59,283 nt of DNA from positions 1 to 59,283 of the forward strand of contig JBGAIN010000030.1 in NCBI GenBank assembly GCA_044225505.1. Reading direction: 5' to 3'. The DNA comes from Limisphaerales bacterium (GTDB taxonomy: Bacteria > Verrucomicrobiota > Verrucomicrobiia > Limisphaerales > SIBE01). Positions 9,412-18,438 of the stretch are shown piece by piece. Every line of letters begins with the position of its first letter. Position 1 is the stretch's first letter. Under the pieces are notes generated by a model, which searched no databases, was not told the origin of the DNA, and was given only the letters and a program-made list of their open reading frames with translations. Both the position numbers and the translations under genes were made by a program.

Positions 9412-11355
9412 TCATCGCAATCGAATTACACGGTATAGGGCTACGTCCTGGTCGCCTCCCACCGGGATGGAATCGACCGTGCCGGCCGCGAACCGGGCAG
9501 TGCCAACGTTCGTCCATGCTTTCGCCTCTGCGGCTTGCTGGACTTGATAAAGGAATCCAGGCTGAGTGTTCCATTCCAACCGCCAGCCCTGTTCAGCTGA
9601 AGAAACCAACCGGGTTCGAAGGACGCTGGCGCTATCTTGCGGGTTTGTCCCAGCCAGGAACTCCTCAATATTCGAAGCTCCGTCTCCGTCGGTATCTTCC
9701 TTCGCCGATTTCCAATTGGACGCGTCGGCTCCCCAGTAAAGCGCTTGCCAATCGTCGGGCAGACCATCGAAATTCTCATCCTCACCCCAGGTTTTGCCGG
9801 AGACTGGGTCCGAAAGCGGGGATCGTCGGCCATCGGAGAGTTGATAGGCCAACCGGATCGAGTGAGTGCTCCCTGCGGTCAAGCCTGTTGCAGTCCATTG
9901 GTTCCCTTCAACCAAGACCGGACTTGTCGATTGATCGAGATAAATCTCGTATTTTACACCGGTGAATCCCGCCAGGTCCGGCCAGGTAACACTCAGTTTG
10001 CTTTGGCTAAGGGCTGCGATCGACGGTGCGGCTGGCAAGGCCAAGTCCTCGGCAACGGAGTAGCGTTGAGCAAAAAGATCGAAGCTGGTGCGCAGGCCCG
10101 TAAAACTAGACCAGGTCACGATAAAGTCACGGTTCCCGTTGGAAGTGACCGTTGGGTGAATTTGCTGACTAGCCGTTGTGGTGTTCACTCGGAATTCAGG
10201 GCTGCCCGATTCGGCAGAGCTCGTGAAGAATCGCGCGATCACCCCTTCACGCGATCCGTCTTGACCTAAACTTGTCCAGACGACTAGGTGGAGACCATTT
10301 ACCGAGCTGGTTTTGGGCAAATACTGGTCGCCGAAAGTATAGGTGTTGATCTTGATATCGGTGCGGACCGGAGCGCCGTTATTTCGGAAGGCTCGGCCGT
10401 AGATATCCCAGCCGTCTTTTTGCTGTTGGATAGCTGTAATCTTGTTCGGTTTTCCACTCCAAACTGCGAAGAAACCGTCGGTCGACGCGCTCAAGGATGG
10501 ATTGGCGCAAACCGTCGCATCGCTGTTTAGCTTGAATTCATCCGTCACTGGCGAACCGTTCGGAGCGTAAATTCGTCCAAAGGTATCAATGTCAAATAGC
10601 TCTACACCCGATGTAGGATCGGTCGAGACTCCTGTTGGATCAGTATTTTGGGCAATCCCTTTGAACTTCTCCGAGACCCAGGCCACGACAACGTTTCCGT
10701 TGGCGAGAGCTGTCACCGCCGGGTTGCGCTGGTTCAGCAGGGTCGTCTGATTCACGAGAAACTCTGCGCCGACTTTGCCGCCGTCCGCGGAGAACCGTTG
10801 GCCGTAAACGCCGAGCATGGAACCATCCTGACCAGAGCTCGCCCAAACGATCAGCGCATTGCCGTCGGGCAACGCCGTCACTGCGGGAGTCAGTTGTTGT
10901 TCGGCGGAATAATCACTCACTGCGACGTCGCCCGTGACGAAGGTGCCATCGGCTTTAACGAAACGAGCGAAGACCTTGGTCTTCGTTGACACGGTGCTCT
11001 GCCAGGTGAATACCGCGCCTCCTCCCGTCAGCACAGCTGCGCGAGGCATCATTTGATCTCCGGCGCCATTTTCGTTGACTCGGAATACCCCTAAGGACCC
11101 CGACAGATTCCGGTTCAGTCGTCGTGCACTAATCCCGTAACCATCGCCGTCCGTGGCGTTGTCGTGCCAAACGACGTATCCGCCCAAAGGGTTGATCGCT
11201 GTGTCCGGAAACACTTGGTCGCCTTGGAGCGCACCAATCACCGGGTATTCGCCGCCTTCGGCTTGAAACTTGACCTGGCCCCAAGCAAGACAGGAAAACG
11301 CGCCGAGACTAGCCAGGACACCCAGCCTTTTGCAGGCGCTTACGAGTGAGGACAT
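9412..11355 (-). CDS. Secreted protein with seven ~55-65 aa repeats (probable beta-propeller), FN3 domain, Ca-binding DxDxDG motifs and C-terminal domain
   Basis: Repeats of type EFxVNxxTxxxQxxPxV...VxW...YGxRF; FN3-like LSVTW...YEIY...TGLTAGSTH; DTDGDGASNIEEFLAGTNP. Start moved to ATG 11355, which precedes a signal peptide. Confidence 0.85.
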   Translation of the reverse strand: MSSLVSACKRLGVLASLGAFSCLAWGQVKFQAEGGEYPVIGALQGDQVFPDTAINPLGGYVVWHDNATDGDGYGISARRLNRNLSGSLGVFRVNENGAGDQMMPRAAVLTGGGAVFTWQSTVSTKTKVFARFVKADGTFVTGDVAVSDYSAEQQLTPAVTALPDGNALIVWASSGQDGSMLGVYGQRFSADGGKVGAEFLVNQTTLLNQRNPAVTALANGNVVVAWVSEKFKGIAQNTDPTGVSTDPTSGVELFDIDTFGRIYAPNGSPVTDEFKLNSDATVCANPSLSASTDGFFAVWSGKPNKITAIQQQKDGWDIYGRAFRNNGAPVRTDIKINTYTFGDQYLPKTSSVNGLHLVVWTSLGQDGSREGVIARFFTSSAESGSPEFRVNTTTASQQIHPTVTSNGNRDFIVTWSSFTGLRTSFDLFAQRYSVAEDLALPAAPSIAALSQSKLSVTWPDLAGFTGVKYEIYLDQSTSPVLVEGNQWTATGLTAGSTHSIRLAYQLSDGRRSPLSDPVSGKTWGEDENFDGLPDDWQALYWGADASNWKSAKEDTDGDGASNIEEFLAGTNPQDSASVLRTRLVSSAEQGWRLEWNTQPGFLYQVQQAAEAKAWTNVGTARFAAGTVDSIPVGGDQDVALYRVIRLR

Positions 11356-11595
11356 AAGATAAGAGTCTTGTAACAACGTGCCGGCAGATTGTCGATGCGC
11401 AACTTGGAAATCTCCGTCGGCCTGTGTCATTGTGAACGATTGATAATTAAGCACTTTTGCTGCCATGAGCCGAGCTTCCAGCCCGCTCCGGAGGATGACT
11501 CGTTCCAAGGTCTCCCTTGGCGCGACATCCACGAGGGGTCACGCGTTGCGCTCCCCCCCAGGTCAGCATTCGCCAGCACATGACGCCACCCTCGA

Positions 11596-14415
11596 TTACG
11601 GCGCCGGCGGGTTCATCAACATCGGCGGCACGGGATGCGGCGCAGCCGGGTCATACGGCAAGCTCTCGTCCGCATGCACTCGATTTCCAGCTGGATCGAT
11701 AATCGTGGGTGTGACGAAGATGATCAGGTTCTTCTTGGTGGTGGACATCGACTCGCTGCGGAAGAACCGGCCCAAGAATGGAATATCGCCAAGCAACGGG
11801 ACCTTGTCCTTGATCTTTTGCACATCCTCAGCGATCAGGCCGCCCAACACTACCGTCTGACCGTCCCAGACCACGCAACTCGTAATCACCGAACGTGCGC
11901 GGAAGCGAGGCAACGGCAACCGAGCCACGAGCGGAGTGCCCAGGGTGTTGCCAGCCACGGACTGCGCTTGCGGGATGAACTGTCCCGGATCGTCATAGCC
12001 AAGGAATTCCGTTAAGCTCGGGATCAGCGTCATCTGAATCGTGAATCCGTCCGCCGAAACGTAAGGAATGACGTCCAAGGCCGGTCCCAAGGGCACCGGG
12101 ATCGGTTGGAAGTTGACCTGTTGAGCCACGCCACCGCCGAAGTTGCCCACACCTGTGGTTGCCGCGGTTGTTGCTGTTCCGCCGGACGAGGTCGCGCCGA
12201 AGTTCTGGTTCGCCACCACGTTGCGGAGTTCGATGATCTGAATCTGCGCTTGGCGTCCACTCAAGGTCGTCACGCGCGGAGCCGCCAGAAGATCCGCTCC
12301 TGCTCGTTGCTCGAGCGCACGAATCACGACGCGGAACTGGGGATCGGTCAGAATGCCGGTGATCGTTGCCACCGCTGGAATCTGCGAGCCACCGCCTTGA
12401 GCGGCGTTCCGCAGACCTGCCGTCAGCTGTTGATCTGAAGACTGGGGCGGAATGATTGTTCCAGCGGGATTGATTGCATCGGGTGGTGCGCCAGGGAATA
12501 CGCCTGTTGGATTCGCGGGCGAGCCTGCTCCGGAATAGGACGGCGCCGTGCCACCTTGCGCGCCAAGGGCTCCGCCGTTCATTAGGAAGTTTCCTAAGAA
12601 CCAATCAAATCCGAGCGCCCGGGCGTCTGTTTGGCTGATTTCCGTGAACTTGGCTTCGATGCTTACTTGAGGAGGCGCCACGTTCAGGACTTGGACCGCT
12701 TTCTCCACGATATCAAGTTCATCCATTGTGGCGCGGACGAGTAGGAGACCTGTCCGATCATTGAAAAACAAGGCTTTGCCGCTGGGTTGCGGTAATCCGG
12801 TCGCACCGATCGTGATGGCGTTGGTCGAGAAATCCACGCCTGCTGCCACGAAGAAGTTTCGGACGAGTTCAATCGTGCTGGACTTCAAGTTGGTATAAGT
12901 GATGCCAGCGATACCGATCCCGCCGCCGCCGCCACCACCGCCCAGGCCACCACCACCACCGCCCAGACCGCCGCCACCACCGCCGCCGCCGCCCAAGCCA
13001 CCACCAAAACCGCCACCACTCGATGATCCTGTGACGTCAACACGGGCAATACCGAAACCACCGGTCGAGCCGCCACCACCGCCGCCCAAACCGCCACCAC
13101 CACCGCCACCGACGCCACCACCACCCCCCCCTTGAGCGCCGCCGCCGACGCCCAATTGGACGAAGCCGACGCTCTGTAAGCCTTCAACGAACGTGTTAGG
13201 ATCTACCCGGTAAGTGCGAGTGAAGAGTTGTTGCGCCTCCGTGCCACGTTGAGTGAACACGACCGCATAATCTTCCACCGAATACTTGATAGGAGTTTCC
13301 GCCACCTTGGCCACGGCATCGATCACGTCGACTAGTCGGACGTTCGACAGGCGCAGGCGAACAATCACGTCGTTCAAATTCACGCGTTCGGCCGGCGGCG
13401 GAGCTGGCAGAGGCGCCCCGGTCGTTGGATCCACGCCGCCGACCTGCGCGACTTGCGCTGGGACATCGACGTGCGGATTGATGATGATGTTGAGGCCGCG
13501 CTTATCTGGGTCGCGTTTACGGGCCTGTTCGTTCAAGTCGCGAACGACTTCGCTCAAAGGCAAGCCATCATACAGGATTTCGTTGAGGAGAATCTTATCG
13601 AGCTTCTGGTAAATCTGTTGCCGGCCGTAGCTGGTTCGGACGAGATTGGTTTGGGTAAACGGATTCGGACTGGGCAGTCGTTCGCGGGAGATCGGCACGT
13701 TCCATGATTTTTCCACCTCAACCAATGCGTCTTTGGCTGAGATTTCGCGTTTGCGAGCTTCCTGGGCGTAACGGGCTTCCTTGATCAAGCTGAGGTAGTA
13801 GAAAGCGTTACGGTCTTCGGGATTGCGGCGGACGGCCTGTTGCAATTTGGCTTCTGCTTCGTCCAGTTTGCCCATCTCGATGAGCATGCGTCCGTCCTGG
13901 ACGAGAGTCGACGTGGCGATCGTTTCCTGTTTGGCTTCAGGAATCTTGTCGAGAATCTCTTTGCTAGGCACTTTGCCTTTGCGCTCTTCCAAAGCGCGAT
14001 CGATATCGCGTTTCAGGTTTTGCGCGGTGGCGTTATGGGGATCGACTTTCAACACGCGGGTGACCTGGGCGTCCGCTTCGGTGAAATTGCTGACTCGTCG
14101 GGCCTGCTCGGCGAGCTGAAGGCGCACGGCCGTCAGACCAGCCACGGCATCTTTGCTCTCGCGGTCGACGCCCACGCCGATATCACGGACGAGATCGAGT
14201 GCTCGTTCGAAACGCCGGGCGGACTCCTGCAAGTCGCCTTGCTTTTGGATGCGAGCGGCATCCTCCAAGGTTCGCCGGAGCTCAATAATGCTGGCCTGTC
14301 GGCGAATCGCTTCTGTGCTGGCAATATCTGCAGTCGAAGGCTGACCGTGGAGAGAAGATCCTGCCGCCGCTAACAGGAGCAGGACGGAGATAGAGAACGA
14401 GGCTGCTTTTATCAT
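11596..14415 (-). CDS. Outer-membrane secretin (GspD/PilQ family, Amuc_1098-like) with TPR-like N-terminus and Gly-rich insert
   Basis: FFNDRTGLLLVRAT (N3), PQVSIEAKFTE, LLAAPRVTTLSGRQA, DGQTVVLGGLI, KVPLLGDIPFLGRFFRS, NLIIFVTPTII; signal peptide. Confidence 0.93.
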   Translation of the reverse strand: MIKAASFSISVLLLLAAAGSSLHGQPSTADIASTEAIRRQASIIELRRTLEDAARIQKQGDLQESARRFERALDLVRDIGVGVDRESKDAVAGLTAVRLQLAEQARRVSNFTEADAQVTRVLKVDPHNATAQNLKRDIDRALEERKGKVPSKEILDKIPEAKQETIATSTLVQDGRMLIEMGKLDEAEAKLQQAVRRNPEDRNAFYYLSLIKEARYAQEARKREISAKDALVEVEKSWNVPISRERLPSPNPFTQTNLVRTSYGRQQIYQKLDKILLNEILYDGLPLSEVVRDLNEQARKRDPDKRGLNIIINPHVDVPAQVAQVGGVDPTTGAPLPAPPPAERVNLNDVIVRLRLSNVRLVDVIDAVAKVAETPIKYSVEDYAVVFTQRGTEAQQLFTRTYRVDPNTFVEGLQSVGFVQLGVGGGAQGGGGGGVGGGGGGGLGGGGGGSTGGFGIARVDVTGSSSGGGFGGGLGGGGGGGGGLGGGGGGLGGGGGGGGIGIAGITYTNLKSSTIELVRNFFVAAGVDFSTNAITIGATGLPQPSGKALFFNDRTGLLLVRATMDELDIVEKAVQVLNVAPPQVSIEAKFTEISQTDARALGFDWFLGNFLMNGGALGAQGGTAPSYSGAGSPANPTGVFPGAPPDAINPAGTIIPPQSSDQQLTAGLRNAAQGGGSQIPAVATITGILTDPQFRVVIRALEQRAGADLLAAPRVTTLSGRQAQIQIIELRNVVANQNFGATSSGGTATTAATTGVGNFGGGVAQQVNFQPIPVPLGPALDVIPYVSADGFTIQMTLIPSLTEFLGYDDPGQFIPQAQSVAGNTLGTPLVARLPLPRFRARSVITSCVVWDGQTVVLGGLIAEDVQKIKDKVPLLGDIPFLGRFFRSESMSTTKKNLIIFVTPTIIDPAGNRVHADESLPYDPAAPHPVPPMLMNPPAP
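12915..13150. repeat. GGN-codon low-complexity tract encoding poly-Gly segments in the secretin; includes a C8 run at 13124-13131
   Basis: Iterated ccgccg/ccacca on the plus strand; protein GGGAQGGGGGGVGGGGGGGLGGGGGG...GGGGGGGIG. Confidence 0.9.
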
Positions 14416-14455
14416 GGTTTGGTTTCCTTTGACTGAAAAAGCTTACATCACTGAC

Positions 14456-15286
14456 TCACTTAGCGGAGGCGGTAGCGCTGCTGGCATTGGACTTAATCAC
14501 CGTTCGTTTTTTGGTTGAGTCTGCGGACAATACAACTTCGTTTCGCGTTATGGCAACGATTTTGTACAACTCAGGATCGTCTTCCAACTTGATCTGGTCG
14601 TTCACACGCTTGTTATTCAACTGTTTATTCGCAGGCACATAGACCAAATCCGCGGCATATCCGACCACACGCGAATAGGGCTTTTCCTTCGTCAAAGTCA
14701 CCGGGACGAAATCTTCCTTCAACTTAATGACCAACGCTGTGGGTTCATTCGTCGCGCCCTGCACGTTGAGCAACTCGAACAGGTCGTTTCTGGGTGTCGC
14801 CGTGCTGATCGTCCGCGTGTTCGGACGCGGATTATGCTCGGTCTCACGCCGAATTGTCACCTGATATTTTACCGGCTCGCCCGGATTGCCTGCCACCACC
14901 GCGTCAAACGAGGCGGTCAAGGAGAGCTCCCGGATCTGCACGATCTTGAGGGCGCCCGGCCCGATCTCCGAGCCTGTCCGAACGGGAATGAGCCCCCCGT
15001 TCGGGAGCTTTTTCCAGGGCACAGGATTGAAAAGGTTATGCGTCCCGGAGAAGTCCAGGTTAAGCGGATGTTCGATACGCGCCAGAACGGTCTTGTTGGT
15101 CATCAGCCAATCGTCGAGCGGTTTAAACGGCTTTGCCTTGACCTTGACCGTCAAGTTGCGGCTGATCTCCTCCAGCCGATCGCGTTCATGGGAGACCTGC
15201 CATGGGAGCGCCGCTGCGGCCGCGGCCAACCCGAGCAACACAATGCTCAGCAGGACCTTCTCGTAGTGCTTTTTCAGAAACTGCAT
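14456..15286 (-). CDS. Pilus/T2SS-like accessory protein (Amuc_1099-like)
   Basis: N-terminal KKHYEK plus a TM helix, HNLFNP, C-terminal YKIVAITRNEVVL; lies between the PilO-like gene and the secretin. Confidence 0.7.
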   Translation of the reverse strand: MQFLKKHYEKVLLSIVLLGLAAAAAALPWQVSHERDRLEEISRNLTVKVKAKPFKPLDDWLMTNKTVLARIEHPLNLDFSGTHNLFNPVPWKKLPNGGLIPVRTGSEIGPGALKIVQIRELSLTASFDAVVAGNPGEPVKYQVTIRRETEHNPRPNTRTISTATPRNDLFELLNVQGATNEPTALVIKLKEDFVPVTLTKEKPYSRVVGYAADLVYVPANKQLNNKRVNDQIKLEDDPELYKIVAITRNEVVLSADSTKKRTVIKSNASSATASAK

Positions 15287-15293
15287 GCTGAGT

Positions 15294-16391
15294 CTATTGG
15301 GCGGCGGCGGTGGCGGTTGAGGAATCAGCCGCGGCAGCAGCGGCCGCGGGAGCGGCTGCGGCAGGTGCGGCGGCCGCTGTCGGTTTAAGCTTTACCGCTT
15401 GAATCGAGAGCGTGAAGCGGAGCGGTTTCTCGTCGAGGATCGTGGTCGGCCCGCGTGGCGCCGCAGGGCGAACGGCCACGGGCGCTTGCGGCATCACAGG
15501 CATAGGACGGGCCCCACGTCCGTAGCGACCGCCTCCCATACCGCCGTAGCGTTGCATGAGCGCTTCTCGAGCCGCGTCTTGCCCTGGCGCAGCGGCTTGC
15601 GGCCGCATCATCCCGTAGCGGCTGTAAACGTCCGTGCTTTGGCTGTTCTCATCGGTTGGCGAACTCGCTGTTGCCGCCGGTTCAACCACGATGTTGGTCA
15701 CCATGAAACACTGCGGCAGCTTCGCCAGACCTTCCAGAACAGCCGCCAGTTCGGAACTGAATCCTTGGAACGCCACTTCATATGGCATGGTGACAGACCA
15801 GCTGTTCGTGACGGGTTTGGCGTTCAGGTAATCCTGCCCGCCCGTCGCGTCGTCCAGCTTATCGATCGGCGACCGTTTCAGCCAGACCAACGAATTGACT
15901 TTGGCATCGAACAACACTCCGCACACCGTGCGAATGTCAGCCAGTTGCGTCGCCAGCGGCGGCAAGGTGGAGGGCGTGAAGGTCATCGCCCCTTTTTGCG
16001 CCGCGAAGGTGAACCAGTAATTGGTCGGCACCTCAACTCCGGCCCGCTGCGCATCGACCAGGAGCAACGCGCGCGTGTTGTCCAGGTAAGTGCGGAATTG
16101 CATGTTCCCTAACTCCTGAGGCAAAGGCGCCGGTTCGAAATGCTTTTCCACTTCGGTCAGAAAATTCTGCAACCGTTTCCCTTCATCTTTGGCTGCACTG
16201 ATGTTCTCTGGATTTGGATAGGGATCCCTTTTGGCGAGGGCCTCGAGTTTTTGCGTTGCCGCATTCAACTCTTCCGTGACCCCTTGGTCCTGCTGAATCT
16301 TGGTGTAGAGGTAGAAGCCAGCAATGCCCAGCAAGGCCAAGGCGACCACGCCCCCGACTACCAAGAACAAATTGCGCTTGATCCACTGCAT
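15294..16391 (-). CDS. Amuc_1100-like / PilO-GspM-like alignment-complex protein
   Basis: N-terminal TM helix, coiled coil, PYPNPENI, YWFTF, MPYEVAFQGFSSELAAVLEGL (ferredoxin-like PilO pattern); directly follows pilM. Confidence 0.8.
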   Translation of the reverse strand: MQWIKRNLFLVVGGVVALALLGIAGFYLYTKIQQDQGVTEELNAATQKLEALAKRDPYPNPENISAAKDEGKRLQNFLTEVEKHFEPAPLPQELGNMQFRTYLDNTRALLLVDAQRAGVEVPTNYWFTFAAQKGAMTFTPSTLPPLATQLADIRTVCGVLFDAKVNSLVWLKRSPIDKLDDATGGQDYLNAKPVTNSWSVTMPYEVAFQGFSSELAAVLEGLAKLPQCFMVTNIVVEPAATASSPTDENSQSTDVYSRYGMMRPQAAAPGQDAAREALMQRYGGMGGGRYGRGARPMPVMPQAPVAVRPAAPRGPTTILDEKPLRFTLSIQAVKLKPTAAAAPAAAAPAAAAAAADSSTATAAAQ

Positions 16392-16392
16392 A

Positions 16393-18300
16393 TTATTTCT
16401 TCTTGCCGGCGCTAGGTTGGGCTCCAGGAACTCGCAGCTTCAGCACCATACCAAAGGTAAAGGTGTTTTCCGAGTCGCTGGCTTGATCTAATTGGCCATC
16501 AAGTTTCGTGCCATCTTTGTCGAAGAACGGACTCGATTGCATGGCGTTCTCTACCACGAACGCTAGCTTGCTGTTCGCGGAACTGTCGCCCCCTTTATTC
16601 AGGTTCACCGCGCGGAATTGCACTTTCAGATTCTCCAGCTCGTTCGTGCTTTTCGCGGCCGAGGTTCCACCTGTCCCGCCCGCCGCGGCGTCCCCACCTT
16701 CTCCTTCCGTGGCCGCCCCACGTCCGCGAGGTTTGAGGCCGTAGCGCTCTAACAAGCGCGGGTCCATGCGATAAATGTTCAAGCCAGAATCTTCCGATGA
16801 CGATTCACCCCCGCTTCCGACCACCATCGAGGATGAGGCGGTGCCGAACTTCTCCAGCCAAACGCCCACCTTGAATCCCGGACGCGCTTCTTCGACCGAG
16901 CGTTCGGTCGATTGCAGGATGTTTCGAATCTCACCGAGGACATCCGGCCAGAACAAACGCCACTTGACCTTTTCCAACAACGCGTCGGCCTGGTCTTTCG
17001 TCGATTTCACCTGGCTTTCGTACTTCTGCAAGTCGCGTTCCTTGGCTTCCAACGGTTCCAACTGACGCTTGATTTCTTCCAACGAGGACGCTTTCACCTG
17101 CGCCACGCGATCGAAGAACCATCCATAGGCAAAGACGACCAGCACCAAGCTAAAGACCGCCGCGATGAAATACGGTTTTTTCTGATCGAATTGCTGCCGT
17201 TTCCGAATGCTCTTGGGCACCAAGTTCAATTCCACCGGGCATTGCGCCACGTTGCGCAACCCCAATCCGACCACTTCGCCGAACCCATGGGCCACCTTGG
17301 CCAGATCTTCGATATCGATACCAGGGTCGATCTGCACATTGCGGAACGGATTGAAATAATCGACCGGGATATTGAGTTTTTCCGCGAAGAACTGCGACGT
17401 ATACGGCATGATGGAGGCCCCACCGGCTAGAAACAAGCGTTGCGGCGCCGCCCCACCTTGTTGACCTCGGTAAAACTGAATCGTCTGGTTGACCTGGATG
17501 TGCAACCGCGTCATGACCTGGCGCGCGATCTTGGAAATGGCCGCTTGATGCGGGTTTTCCGGCTCTTCATAAGCCCCCCCCAAGCTGACGAACCCTTCCG
17601 CAATCTTAACTTTCTCGGCGTCGTTAAAACGCAGTTTCGCTTCGGCCGCAAACTCTTGCGTAATGGAATTGGCGCCGATGTTAATGCCGCGGGAATAGAC
17701 CTTGCCCTTTTCAAAGAAGAGCAAGTTGCTGGTTTTCGCGCCGATATCCAGCAGCATGGTGCAACCATCGAGATCGCCATAGTTGAACCGGAACGCATTG
17801 CAAAGCGCGGCGGGCGAGACATCGACCAACTGCAACCGGAGGCCAGTCGCTTCGGCGGTGCGGAACAAGCCTTCCACCACATCCGATTTGATCGCCACGA
17901 GCAGGACTTCCAGTTCACCGTTAGGGGTCGTGCCGAGAATCTGGTAGTCCCAGACCACCTCTTCCAAGGGGAACGGGACGTTTTGTTGGGCTTCGTACTG
18001 GATGATCTGAGTGACCTTGGACGTATCGACCGGGGGCAGCTTCACGAACTTGGAGAAGACGTGAAAACCCGGTGCGCACACGTTGGCTTTGCGCGAGCCA
18101 AACCCTTTTTCGGCGAAAAGCTCCTGGATCGCCTTCTTTAAAATCGTGTCGCGCGCGCTTTCCTGGGAGCCTTCCAACCCTAGCGAGCGGGTGCCATAAC
18201 GCTTGAGCAGGAGCGTTCCAGCTTCGTTGAGCTCAAACTCGGCGGCTTTCAATGTGCCCGCGCCAAAGTCAAGACTTAGAAATGAGTTTGAATTTAACAT
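16393..18300 (-). CDS. pilM: Type IV pilus assembly protein PilM fused to a PilN-like TM/periplasmic region (Amuc_1101-like)
   Basis: Actin-like motifs LSLDFGAGTLK, EAQQNVPFPLEEVVWDYQ, LLDIGAKTS, LFLAGGAS; then LNLVP, a TM helix and a coiled coil. Confidence 0.92.
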   Translation of the reverse strand: MLNSNSFLSLDFGAGTLKAAEFELNEAGTLLLKRYGTRSLGLEGSQESARDTILKKAIQELFAEKGFGSRKANVCAPGFHVFSKFVKLPPVDTSKVTQIIQYEAQQNVPFPLEEVVWDYQILGTTPNGELEVLLVAIKSDVVEGLFRTAEATGLRLQLVDVSPAALCNAFRFNYGDLDGCTMLLDIGAKTSNLLFFEKGKVYSRGINIGANSITQEFAAEAKLRFNDAEKVKIAEGFVSLGGAYEEPENPHQAAISKIARQVMTRLHIQVNQTIQFYRGQQGGAAPQRLFLAGGASIMPYTSQFFAEKLNIPVDYFNPFRNVQIDPGIDIEDLAKVAHGFGEVVGLGLRNVAQCPVELNLVPKSIRKRQQFDQKKPYFIAAVFSLVLVVFAYGWFFDRVAQVKASSLEEIKRQLEPLEAKERDLQKYESQVKSTKDQADALLEKVKWRLFWPDVLGEIRNILQSTERSVEEARPGFKVGVWLEKFGTASSSMVVGSGGESSSEDSGLNIYRMDPRLLERYGLKPRGRGAATEGEGGDAAAGGTGGTSAAKSTNELENLKVQFRAVNLNKGGDSSANSKLAFVVENAMQSSPFFDKDGTKLDGQLDQASDSENTFTFGMVLKLRVPGAQPSAGKKK

Positions 18301-18314
18301 GTTCGCTTTCCGTC

Positions 18315-18343
18315 ACATTCCCTGCAGAACCTTTTCACGTCAA
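18315..18343 (-). promoter_or_regulatory. Candidate sigma70 promoter for pilM
   Basis: Minus strand TTGACG-N17-GAATGT, ending 14 nt before the pilM ATG. The -10 match is weak. Confidence 0.35.
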
Positions 18344-18438
18344 CCTGACGTGCGTCCCGCAGAACAGGCGAGGGCGGCGATGCTGGTTACTGAAAAAGCA
18401 TCGTCCGGTCAAACAGAAAAGTGCCGCGGCAATCGACT

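Noticed and set aside
11356..11532. ORF-track N-terminal extension of the propeller protein
   Set aside because: The signal peptide begins only at Met 11355; the extension is probably intergenic.
12899..13135. Poly-proline ORF on the plus strand
   Set aside because: It is the antisense shadow of the secretin poly-Gly codons.
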